Of a stretch of 64,000 nucleotides of DNA, positions 8,952 to 17,484 are shown in pieces. Within the stretch, counting starts at the first letter, position 1. Every line of letters begins with the position of its first letter. The stretch lies in the IMG/VR virus record IMGVR_UViG_3300037455_000492; one strand, written 5' to 3'. Source of the DNA: an uncultured virus (IMG/VR IMGVR_UViG_3300037455_000492) (lineage: Duplodnaviria > Heunggongvirae > Uroviricota > Caudoviricetes). The notes under the pieces were generated by a model that ran no database searches, was not told where the DNA came from, and worked only from the letters and a program-made list of their open reading frames with translations. The position numbers and the translations under genes were made by a program.

Positions 8952-10244
8952 CAGAATTATCCCTTTTAGTCTTGTAACAAATAAATAATTTAATGGAAAG
9001 AATGTACACATACAAATACAAGTTATATCCAAACAAAGAACAAGCAGCATACTTGTCAAAATTGTTTGGTTGCTGTCGGTTGGTGTACAACCATTTTCTA
9101 AACGAGAAACAGACACAGTACAAGGAAACCAAGTCAAGTGACAGTTACAATGTACAACAATACAAACTAACCCAACTTCGCAAAACCGAAGAATACGATT
9201 TCTTAAATGATATGCCCTTGCAAGTACTGCAAGCAAGTTTGAAAAATATGCACATTGCTTTTGAGAGATTTTACAAGCACAAGGGCGGCTACCCGAACTA
9301 CAAGTCAAAAAGGGATAAACAAGCGTTCAAGATATCACAACCAAGGACATTTCACATTAAAGACAACAAGTTGCATATCCCCAAACTTAAATCGGGTATA
9401 AAATGTAAGGTGTCAAAGGAGTTGGTTGGTGAACCTTGTTTTGCAACTGTCACAAAGTCTAAATCAGATAAATATTATGTAAGCATAACAGTCAAACAAG
9501 ATAATTATCAACCATATCCGCACACCAACAAATCGGTTGGTTTGGACTTGGGCATAAAGGACTTGGTGATTACAAGCGATGGTGTCAAGTATCCGAGACT
9601 CAAACAGCAAATCAAACAGTTAAAGCGTGAACTAAAACACAATCAAAGACATTTGTCAAGAAAGCAACACGGTAGCAAGAGATACGAAAAACAAGTACTC
9701 AAGTGCAACCGTATATACGAAAAAATTACAAATGTCAAAACAGACTACATCCACAAGATAACAACCCAATTGGTTAAAACTTATGACATTATTAAAGTTG
9801 AAGACCTTAACATCAAGGGAATGGTCAAGAACCGTAAACTTGCTGAAGTCATCAACGAATGCAATTGGGGTGAGTTTGTCAAGACGTTGACTTATAAATG
9901 CAATTGGAATGGCAAGCAACTTGTAAAGGTTGACAGATTTTATCCATCAAGTCAGTTGTGTAGCGGATGTGGATGTATAAATAAAAAAGTTAAAAATTTA
10001 TCCATCAGACAATGGACTTGTGAATGTTGTGGCACGTTACACGACAGAGATGTGAATGCCGCCATTAACATTTTAAGATACAACTCGGCGAGGAACACCG
10101 AGTACAGTCGTGGAGGGGTGGACAAACCAAACGGAACAACTTGTTTGGCAAGTGACTGTTTGGACTCCGCAGAAGCCATAGGCAAAGAAGCGACTATTGA
10201 ACTTGAAGTCTTATAAATATTACAAACTAAAAGGGATAATTCCG
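8952..10244 (+). mobile_element. TIR-bounded cassette carrying tnpB
   Basis: Left TIR cagaattatcccttttagtcttgta 8952-8976; right TIR tacaaactaaaagggataattccg 10221-10244; TSD degenerate (aaatttga vs aaatatgc, offset by one base). Confidence 0.85.
8993..10216 (+). CDS. tnpB: TnpB RNA-guided endonuclease
   Basis: YKYKLYPNKEQ...FGCCR.VYN N-terminus; RuvC GLDLGIK, VEDL, DRDVNAAINI; CxxC...CxxC zinc finger. Confidence 0.95.
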   Translation: MERMYTYKYKLYPNKEQAAYLSKLFGCCRLVYNHFLNEKQTQYKETKSSDSYNVQQYKLTQLRKTEEYDFLNDMPLQVLQASLKNMHIAFERFYKHKGGYPNYKSKRDKQAFKISQPRTFHIKDNKLHIPKLKSGIKCKVSKELVGEPCFATVTKSKSDKYYVSITVKQDNYQPYPHTNKSVGLDLGIKDLVITSDGVKYPRLKQQIKQLKRELKHNQRHLSRKQHGSKRYEKQVLKCNRIYEKITNVKTDYIHKITTQLVKTYDIIKVEDLNIKGMVKNRKLAEVINECNWGEFVKTLTYKCNWNGKQLVKVDRFYPSSQLCSGCGCINKKVKNLSIRQWTCECCGTLHDRDVNAAINILRYNSARNTEYSRGGVDKPNGTTCLASDCLDSAEAIGKEATIELEVL

Positions 10245-10272
10245 AAATATGCAAACAAAAAACTTTTCTGAA

Positions 10273-11223
10273 ATGGATGGGGTGAAACTATACAACGGGG
10301 ACTGCCTCGAAGTTATGAACGAGATACCCGATAACAGCGTTAATTTAATACTTTGTGACCTCCCATACGGCACAACGGGTATAAAATGGGACGTTAAGAT
10401 ACCGTTTGACAAACTGTGGGAACACTACAACCGTGTACTGAAGCCAAACGGTACGGTTCTGCTTTTCGGAAGCGAGCCGTTTGCTTCTATGGTTCGTTAC
10501 AGCAATCCGTCTATGTACAAATACGATTGGGTTTGGGAGAAAAACAACTGCGGCAATTTCCAATTGGTGAACAAGCAGCCTATGAAGATACACGAGACAA
10601 TATCCGTGTTTTATGAGATTCCGAGACATTACGCCTTTTCGGAAATAATCGTTTCCAATATGAAGCGTCTTGGCTTGGGTTACAACGAGGTCAGTATGCT
10701 GTTCCCGTCACGAAACGGTTTACAGACGGGTTGGCTGTCCAACAAGATAAGCGGAAAGCAGTTGCCTACAAGAGAGCAATGGAAGCGTTTGTGTAATTTG
10801 TTCGGTATTGAAGATGAATATGACAAACTCGCAGTCAAGAACACTATAACCTATAATATGGTTCTGAAAGACGTTGAGAGAACATTGTCAAACAAAGGCA
10901 AAGGCGGCAGGCTCGGACATCTCGGCTCGCAGAACAAGCGCAGCGAGTATAAGCAGACAAAGAGCGGTTATCCAAAAAGCATATTGAAGTTCAACCGAGA
11001 GACGGGATTTCACCCTACGCAGAAGCCCGTTTCGCTGCTTGAATTTTTGGTTAAAACCCACACCAACGAGGGTGATGTTGTTCTTGACAACTGTATGGGC
11101 AGCGGTTCTACGGGTGTAGCCTGCGTGAATACGGGCAGGAACTTTGTCGGCATTGAAATTGAGAAAAAGTATTTCGAGATTGCCGAAGAACGCATTTTGG
11201 ATTCCGAAAAGAAACTGTTTTAG
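10273..11223 (+). CDS. DNA methyltransferase, beta class (copy 4) with inserted HTH-like segment
   Basis: DLPY, HPTQKP, DNCMGSGSTG; about 70 extra aa in the variable region; ATG 10273 preferred by alignment with the paralogs. Confidence 0.9.
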   Translation: MDGVKLYNGDCLEVMNEIPDNSVNLILCDLPYGTTGIKWDVKIPFDKLWEHYNRVLKPNGTVLLFGSEPFASMVRYSNPSMYKYDWVWEKNNCGNFQLVNKQPMKIHETISVFYEIPRHYAFSEIIVSNMKRLGLGYNEVSMLFPSRNGLQTGWLSNKISGKQLPTREQWKRLCNLFGIEDEYDKLAVKNTITYNMVLKDVERTLSNKGKGGRLGHLGSQNKRSEYKQTKSGYPKSILKFNRETGFHPTQKPVSLLEFLVKTHTNEGDVVLDNCMGSGSTGVACVNTGRNFVGIEIEKKYFEIAEERILDSEKKLF

Positions 11224-11251
11224 TTGTGTTAAAAAACAAAAAATTATTCTG

Positions 11252-12187
11252 ATGGTAAGAAACATTATAATTGATGGCGAATTGCCAATAATATGTTCCG
11301 TTCCCGCCATTGAGGGTGTCGCTTATATGCTCAAGGAGCATTTCAACGACAAACCAAACAGACAGTTCACTGTGAACACAAGCATAGAGGATTACGATGA
11401 GTTGGAGAAAAACGGCGAACTCACGGACTGTATGGTCTATTACAATATGGAGCATAAGTGCAAGATTATGTGGAACGGACAGTTGCCGTTTTGCGGTTCG
11501 TATTGGACGGAGAAAAACAATGAAATGTTCGCCAAGTATGATGAGATATGGGATTTCCAAATTGAGAACTACGAGTATTTCAAGTACCACGGTCTCGGAG
11601 ACAAATTCAAATTCAAGCCGCTACGGTACACAAGTTTCTATGAATGGTACAGAACAAGCGAGAAACCGCAGTTCGACATTCAGTTGGAGTGCGTTATTGA
11701 TTCCGATATTAGGGCGGTTGCGCTGCGTAATCTGACCGATATTCCTATGGCTGTTGACGATAACGGAAACTATGTGATTACGGGTGAGCGTATGCGAATC
11801 AACCTCACAAACACAATGGAAAGCGGGGTGAAACTGTTGGCAAAGAACAACTGCCGATATGGTATTGACATTCCGAGATATGACGTGCTTTGCACGATAA
11901 ACACGTTCCGAATCTATGAGTATGTCTGTATGAACAAGCCCGTTATTGTATGGGATAAATACAGCATCACATCAAAGCGTTATTTTAACGACTTGTGCAT
12001 TTACACGAAAGACATTACTGCGTACAACATAAACAACATAATTCAGAACGAGCCGAAGTCCGATGTTGCCGACACATTCAAGCAGATGACATTCAATGAT
12101 TCCGACTATAACGAATACATACTTGACATAGTGCGCGACCATAAAGATAGGACGGGTGAGACTATTCCCGATTCAGTATTGCAATGA
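11252..12187 (+). CDS. Hypothetical protein, possibly GT-B glycosyltransferase-like
   Basis: YYNMEH, DEIWDF..ENY and FRIYEY..MNKPVI segments resemble viral glycosyltransferase-like proteins; weak call. Confidence 0.4.
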   Translation: MVRNIIIDGELPIICSVPAIEGVAYMLKEHFNDKPNRQFTVNTSIEDYDELEKNGELTDCMVYYNMEHKCKIMWNGQLPFCGSYWTEKNNEMFAKYDEIWDFQIENYEYFKYHGLGDKFKFKPLRYTSFYEWYRTSEKPQFDIQLECVIDSDIRAVALRNLTDIPMAVDDNGNYVITGERMRINLTNTMESGVKLLAKNNCRYGIDIPRYDVLCTINTFRIYEYVCMNKPVIVWDKYSITSKRYFNDLCIYTKDITAYNINNIIQNEPKSDVADTFKQMTFNDSDYNEYILDIVRDHKDRTGETIPDSVLQ

Positions 12188-12990
12188 TAGACGAGACAAA
12201 CATAGAACTTCTGCACGGTGATTGCCTTGAACTTATGAAAGGCATACCCGACAACAGCATAGACCTTGTGCTGTGCGATTTGCCATACGGCACGACCGCC
12301 TGCGCTTGGGATGCCGTCATACCATTCGAGCCGCTTTGGGAACAATACAAAAGGGTTACAAAAGACAATTCACCGATTGTGTTGTTCAGCACACAGCCGT
12401 TTACAACAATGCTCATTTACTCGAACATAAAATGGTTCAGAGAGGAAATCATTTGGCTGAAAAACCGTGGCGGCAGCGGACTGCATTCGGACAAACGTCA
12501 CATAAAGACCCACGAGAATATTGTGGTTTTCGCCAAAGGCTCGTACACGTTCAACCCGCAGAAATGGGAAGTCGGCGACAAGAAGTTCCTCGTACACAGA
12601 AAGGTGTTCGACTACGGGTATGCGAAGAACAACATATACGGCAATATCCGTGACATTAAAAAACCCGATGACGGCACACGGAATCCGATAAGTGTCGTTT
12701 CATACGAAGTGCCGTTTTCCCCTTCAAAAAGCAGGGAGTACGACAGCAGCGTTGACATAAGATACCATCCGACACAGAAGCCCGTTGCGCTGCTTGAATA
12801 CCTTATACGGACATACAGCAACGATGGCAACATTGTGTTGGACAATACAATGGGTTGCGGCAGCACTGGTGTAGCCTGCGCCAACACGGGAAGGGGTTTC
12901 ATCGGAATCGAAATGGATTCGGGTTATTGCGACATAGCGGAGAAACGAATAAACGAGGCATTGAAACACAAAACCAAAACATTGTTCTGA
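12184..12990 (+). CDS. DNA methyltransferase, beta class (copy 5)
   Basis: DLPY, HPTQKP, DNTMGCGSTG. Confidence 0.93.
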   Translation: MIDETNIELLHGDCLELMKGIPDNSIDLVLCDLPYGTTACAWDAVIPFEPLWEQYKRVTKDNSPIVLFSTQPFTTMLIYSNIKWFREEIIWLKNRGGSGLHSDKRHIKTHENIVVFAKGSYTFNPQKWEVGDKKFLVHRKVFDYGYAKNNIYGNIRDIKKPDDGTRNPISVVSYEVPFSPSKSREYDSSVDIRYHPTQKPVALLEYLIRTYSNDGNIVLDNTMGCGSTGVACANTGRGFIGIEMDSGYCDIAEKRINEALKHKTKTLF

Positions 12991-12998
12991 TATAAATA
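12991..12998 (+). promoter_or_regulatory. T4-type late promoter TATAAATA (also + strand 13904, 24985, 36969; - strand 16126, 16575, 21183, 22116, 29867, 31640)
   Basis: Exact octamer, mostly 15-45 nt (about 70 nt for nrdD) upstream of gene starts on the matching strand. Confidence 0.75.
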
Positions 12999-13022
12999 TT
13001 AAGAAAAAACAATACATCAAAT

Positions 13023-13406
13023 ATGACAAAAATCAAGAAAATTGACGAAATGGCTTTAGTCGCCGAAAGAATACCGCAAAAGAAGGAAAACCAATATGTT
13101 ATCACACAGATTTGGGTGTGCGAGAAAGCAGGTGATGACGGATATTATGTGAACACCGCCCCCGTTGTCGGCGATGATTTGAAGACGCTTGTCAAGAAAA
13201 CTCTTGAAAAGGAATTCAAGGTGTTTCCCGCAACAGACAGAGAATATAGGTATGTGGAGTACCCAGACGGGGAATTGTGGGTTCAGTATATTGACGAAAG
13301 AGGATATGTCTATCAATTCTGCGTCAGCGTTGTTGAGCCAATCACAAAAAAGGATATGCACAGAAACGGCATCGAAAGCGATATGGTTAGGGACATCGTG
13401 AAATAA
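13023..13406 (+). CDS. Late hypothetical protein (N-terminal KIKKIDE)
   Basis: ORF preceded by TATAAATA. Confidence 0.6.
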   Translation: MTKIKKIDEMALVAERIPQKKENQYVITQIWVCEKAGDDGYYVNTAPVVGDDLKTLVKKTLEKEFKVFPATDREYRYVEYPDGELWVQYIDERGYVYQFCVSVVEPITKKDMHRNGIESDMVRDIVK

Positions 13407-13412
13407 TGAAAA

Positions 13413-13952
13413 ATGGCTGACACTAAATTGAGTCTTTATGAAATGGAATTGGCGATTGCCCGTTCCCGCGAGTTCAACTACACACAGAAACTTGTTGTAT
13501 ATAACGTGGTCGGAACATCGTCAATTCTACCTATATGGCACGAATGCGATGTGCTTGTATGCACAAATGTCGGATATCTCACAGAAATAGAGATAAAGCG
13601 TTCATACGCCGACTTCCTCAACGACTTCAAGAAAGACCACGACCATCGCTCGAAATACATAAAGAGGTTCTATTACTGTGTTCCAAGTAAAATCAAAGAC
13701 AAGGTTATTGCATATCTCGACACATTTGAGAATCGGGATGACTACCGTGTCGGGGCGGGCATAATCGTCATAAGCGAAGACCGTTGGCTCACGGAGATAC
13801 GGGCTTCCAAAGAAAACAAGGAGGCGGTTAAACTCTCAACGGAGCAGATGCTTTATCTCGCACGCCTTGGGTCTATGCGCGTGATGTCATTGAAACGTAA
13901 GATTATAAATATGCAGAAGGATGACAAAGTAGAACATATACACTCGTTTTGA
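13413..13952 (+). CDS. PD-(D/E)XK nuclease-like (MmcB-like) protein
   Basis: ECDVL...TEIEIKRSYADFLNDFKK. Confidence 0.65.
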   Translation: MADTKLSLYEMELAIARSREFNYTQKLVVYNVVGTSSILPIWHECDVLVCTNVGYLTEIEIKRSYADFLNDFKKDHDHRSKYIKRFYYCVPSKIKDKVIAYLDTFENRDDYRVGAGIIVISEDRWLTEIRASKENKEAVKLSTEQMLYLARLGSMRVMSLKRKIINMQKDDKVEHIHSF

Positions 13953-14605
13953 AAAACATAATCAACTATAATGGTTTTGTCGGGTTGTCGGAAAAACTGA
14001 ACATACAGCCGATAACAACGTCCCGTCTGATGAACAACAAATACTTCGTGTACCGTTGGGAAGGCGACTATTGGGTTTCCAATAGCAAACTCGACAACGT
14101 TCAGATGAATACAAACGGCAAACTGTTAAAATCGTTCCGCACATACAAGGATACCGAATACTACGTCAATGTGCGGAAAAGGTTTGACGAGGGAAAGGTC
14201 TATTATTCTATTGACTTGTTCGGCGAAGTTGTCGCCAACCACAAGGAAATCAACATCAACGACATCCCGAAGCACTACGATTTTTTCGTGAACGACAATA
14301 TGGTACTCATCGACCCGCAGTACATAGAGGATTTGGTATGCAAGGCGCAGGCGAAAAAAAGAGGCGATATGACGGATGACGATATGTACAATATCGAAAA
14401 TGCCCTTATGGATGACGGCATTTCAGCAGAAATCTATATGACGAACCCAAAAGAGGTTGTTGTCGAAATAGAGGGCGATTGGAAACACGACCATCGCCGA
14501 GCAGATGTTCTGATTCAGCGGCTCGGCTACAAACTGAACCGCGTTGAAACTGACGGAGACGGGGATTCCGACTTTTACAAGGCTACACATTATTACGGAA
14601 AATAA
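13949..14605 (+). CDS. Late protein with EKLNIQPI N-terminal motif (putative internal head protein)
   Basis: Motif shared with 17485-19620 and 30640-31623; TATAAATA at 13904. Confidence 0.6.
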   Translation: MKNIINYNGFVGLSEKLNIQPITTSRLMNNKYFVYRWEGDYWVSNSKLDNVQMNTNGKLLKSFRTYKDTEYYVNVRKRFDEGKVYYSIDLFGEVVANHKEININDIPKHYDFFVNDNMVLIDPQYIEDLVCKAQAKKRGDMTDDDMYNIENALMDDGISAEIYMTNPKEVVVEIEGDWKHDHRRADVLIQRLGYKLNRVETDGDGDSDFYKATHYYGK

Positions 14606-14740
14606 AAAAGACGGCAGTTGTCGTCTTTTTTTGGGCATATACATTAACTTCGTTATTACTATTACAATAAAGAAAATACTCCAAATGAATAAAGACGAAA
14701 AATAAAAGCCCGACATTCAGTCGGGCTTTTTGTAAATATG

Positions 14741-16108
14741 TTATCGTTTTCGGGCAACTGCTCGGCAGGACATACCATAACATCTAAATTTATCAAAGAC
14801 TTCACAATATACGTTTCCATTATCGTATAAACACATCATACCTTTCGCCATTGCATTATTTGATTGAATATCAATATCTTTACTCCAAATATAAACAATT
14901 TGATTATCAACAATATTTCCTTTATATATATATCCATTTGGTATTATAAACAATTTATTGCCATTTATCTTTGATGTTAATTCAAGACAATACTCGCCGT
15001 TATATGTTGTAAACTTTTGGGTTGTGTTTTGCAAAAGTTCGAGTATATCTCCTTTTGTCGGCATATACCAATCGCCACCCATAATAATATGCGCGGCATC
15101 GTCAATAGTATCAAGACTTTGTAGTCCATCAGTATTGTTGTATTTGTTAAATCCGTGGTTAATCGTATCATCTATGTCAAAATTTCCAAATTTGGTATAG
15201 TCGTCAAAATTGCAATTGTATGCTGAACAATCTTCCGTATATCCCCACATAAAACGATATCCGAGGTCGTCAAATGTATCAGAGCCGATATTGTATTTTG
15301 ACCAAACATTACCGCTCGGAAGACCGAGGTCAACGTAATCGTGACCGTTGTAATTTGTCCTATTGTTACTATACCAAGTATTCATACCGTCCACGAAGGC
15401 GTTTACTAATTTTTGTATGTCGCCTTTAATGTAGTTTGTGTTTTGAAAATACTGTTGGCAGGTTGTTTCTCTGCTATATTGAAAACAATATGAAGAATAA
15501 TCTTTTCCGCATATAGGAATCAACACCAAATCTCCATTGACTAAAACATAATTTTTAATAAAAAACACATCATCAGCAGTCGGTGGTTCTGGGTGATAAA
15601 AAATGCGTCTAATCGCGTTTTCATCGCTTGTTGTTGGATTCAACACTCTTTGCCCAATGTTATATAATACTTCATTTGCTGTTCTTTCAAGGATTCTACT
15701 GTCTATCAAATAATCGTATTGCGTGACCCTTATTCCATCGTGTTTGTCGTCATCATAAAAATTTATATTGAATGAGAATGGTATATAGCCAAAAAATGTA
15801 AAATAGCCTGGTCGCTGATAACGAGTCATATCCATATATCCGATAAGACTTGGTGGTGCGACATCTGTGTTTCTTGGGTCAAATTTAGGATAATTTGTCG
15901 TATTGTTATCAATTTTGCACCAATTTTTATTTGTGCATCCATAATACGCCTCACGCAAATTCGGAGCAAAACTGTCTGGTTGAAATTCCGTATTTTTTGT
16001 ATTTAATAATCTCAAAATTCCGTTATCTGTTTTTAATGATGTCAATACATTAAAATATAATGTATGAAGTGTGTTTACGTTTAAGTCTGTTATTTTAGAA
16101 GCAGCCAT
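14741..16108 (-). CDS. Two-domain protein: N-terminal paralog of 5903-6580 plus C-terminal DLGLPSG (DUF1566/C-type-lectin-like) domain
   Basis: YVDLGLPSGNVWS.YNIG, DDAAH..MGGDW.MPT, IWS...G.SCRAV. Confidence 0.7.
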   Translation of the reverse strand: MAASKITDLNVNTLHTLYFNVLTSLKTDNGILRLLNTKNTEFQPDSFAPNLREAYYGCTNKNWCKIDNNTTNYPKFDPRNTDVAPPSLIGYMDMTRYQRPGYFTFFGYIPFSFNINFYDDDKHDGIRVTQYDYLIDSRILERTANEVLYNIGQRVLNPTTSDENAIRRIFYHPEPPTADDVFFIKNYVLVNGDLVLIPICGKDYSSYCFQYSRETTCQQYFQNTNYIKGDIQKLVNAFVDGMNTWYSNNRTNYNGHDYVDLGLPSGNVWSKYNIGSDTFDDLGYRFMWGYTEDCSAYNCNFDDYTKFGNFDIDDTINHGFNKYNNTDGLQSLDTIDDAAHIIMGGDWYMPTKGDILELLQNTTQKFTTYNGEYCLELTSKINGNKLFIIPNGYIYKGNIVDNQIVYIWSKDIDIQSNNAMAKGMMCLYDNGNVYCEVFDKFRCYGMSCRAVARKR

Positions 16109-16145
16109 AGTTGTATTTGTTTTAATATTTATAATGTTGCTTACG

Positions 16146-16541
16146 TTAAAAATAAACGGGCGGTGTTTGCCGTCCGTTTTCTTTATGCGAGTTTGTCTTG
16201 TTTATTTTCCTACAATGTTCTTTTTTGTAGTTTGGGAAGTCCACAATATTGCATTTTTCAATTTTTTCGCTTTCACGTAATCGCCATCTTTGTCCTCGCC
16301 CGTTTTTTTTGCACTCGAAATATGTGTCAAGTTGTGGGTATTTAATGTCAGAACCGCTCTCGGAAAATGAGAAACGCATCATTTTGTCAGTATAACTGTA
16401 TCCTTCACCTGCGGGTTTCCATTTCAGTTTGGTACACACGGCGAATAACAGTTCGGATGTTGTCATATCCTTTTTCAAGTTTTTCTTGAAAAAATCTTCC
16501 ACGTTTTTTTCTGGCATTTGCAGCATCTCGTCAATTTTCAT
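16146..16541 (-). CDS. Late hypothetical protein (MKIDE N-terminus)
   Basis: ORF preceded by TATAAATA at 16575-16582 (-). Confidence 0.55.
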   Translation of the reverse strand: MKIDEMLQMPEKNVEDFFKKNLKKDMTTSELLFAVCTKLKWKPAGEGYSYTDKMMRFSFSESGSDIKYPQLDTYFECKKNGRGQRWRLRESEKIEKCNIVDFPNYKKEHCRKINKTNSHKENGRQTPPVYF

Positions 16542-16596
16542 TATATGTGTTATAGTTTCAAATTATATTTTTAATATTTATAACAAGATTCATAGG

Positions 16597-17463
16597 TTAT
16601 GTTGTAAAGAAATACGCGACAGAATGGCGCATATTGTTTATTTCCTCCTTTATTTCCTGCAATTCGCTGTCGCCCCATTGGGTGTACATATCGTAGTTTA
16701 TGGTCACGTTGCCAGGCAGGTTGTATTGGAACATACCCAATATCCTGCTCATCTGCTTCATACACATAGCCACGCAGTATCTGAAGAACAAGTCGTCATC
16801 GAACAACGCGCAGTCGGACACGGCGCAGAGAACGTGGAACACGCAAGGTCTTGTCGGTAACTCGCCCGTGAACCTCAACTTCTTCGTGAGTCTGTTGTAA
16901 CTGAAACCGTGCATCTCCTGCAACATCTGCCTTGCCGTGTCGAAGAAACTCCAATTGCAAGTCCAATAGACGAGGTTGTCCGCAGCCTGCGGAAGTCTGT
17001 CGTTGTACATACTTGAGGCAAACATCCTCTGAACGCCGAAGTCCAAGTTGCCGCCGTCAAGACGTGTCGAACTTCCCCATCCCGCTTCGCCGCTGAATTT
17101 GCCGACTTGGTAAACGCGCAGCACGGAGAATATGTTGTCTGGCATAACAAGCACGCCACGGTCTTTCTTTGTCTCGCCTTTGAGGATTCGGTTGCCGTCA
17201 ATTCCGCTTCTGTTTGTCAGACCAAGGCGGAAACTGTCGCTCATAAAGACCTCGTATGGGCAGGATATGTATATCTCCTCCATAGAATCGTCATAGGCGT
17301 TGTAGAAGTATCGTTTAGCCTCGCCCACAATCTGCGCGATAGCCGCTGTCGGTAACGAGAACGGTATTTGGCAGTTGAGCGTCATCTGCTTGTTTATTCT
17401 GTCCGTGAACGCCGCAAGGCACTCTTGGCTCTCTTTGTCTTCGCAATCAACGTAGTAACTCAC
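16597..17463 (-). CDS. T4 gp13-like neck/head-tail adaptor protein
   Basis: C-terminal KQMSRILGMFQYNLPGNVTIN...ELQEIKEEI resembles the gp13 LPGGVT.N motif; 288 aa. Confidence 0.6.
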   Translation of the reverse strand: MSYYVDCEDKESQECLAAFTDRINKQMTLNCQIPFSLPTAAIAQIVGEAKRYFYNAYDDSMEEIYISCPYEVFMSDSFRLGLTNRSGIDGNRILKGETKKDRGVLVMPDNIFSVLRVYQVGKFSGEAGWGSSTRLDGGNLDFGVQRMFASSMYNDRLPQAADNLVYWTCNWSFFDTARQMLQEMHGFSYNRLTKKLRFTGELPTRPCVFHVLCAVSDCALFDDDLFFRYCVAMCMKQMSRILGMFQYNLPGNVTINYDMYTQWGDSELQEIKEEINNMRHSVAYFFTT

Positions 17464-17484
17464 TGTTTCACTAATGTTCTTCCT

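Noticed and set aside
8993..10216. TnpB as a Cas12 effector with a CRISPR array
   Set aside because: No regularly spaced repeat-spacer array was seen nearby or elsewhere in the window
10249..10272. Upstream ATG for MTase copy 4
   Set aside because: The paralogs align from the ATG at 10273; the upstream bases are better read as the ANKKLF* remnant
14741..14900. C-terminus of the DLGLPSG protein as a second DGR target
   Set aside because: Similar lectin-like ending (IWS...SCRAV) but no nucleotide match to the TR at non-A positions
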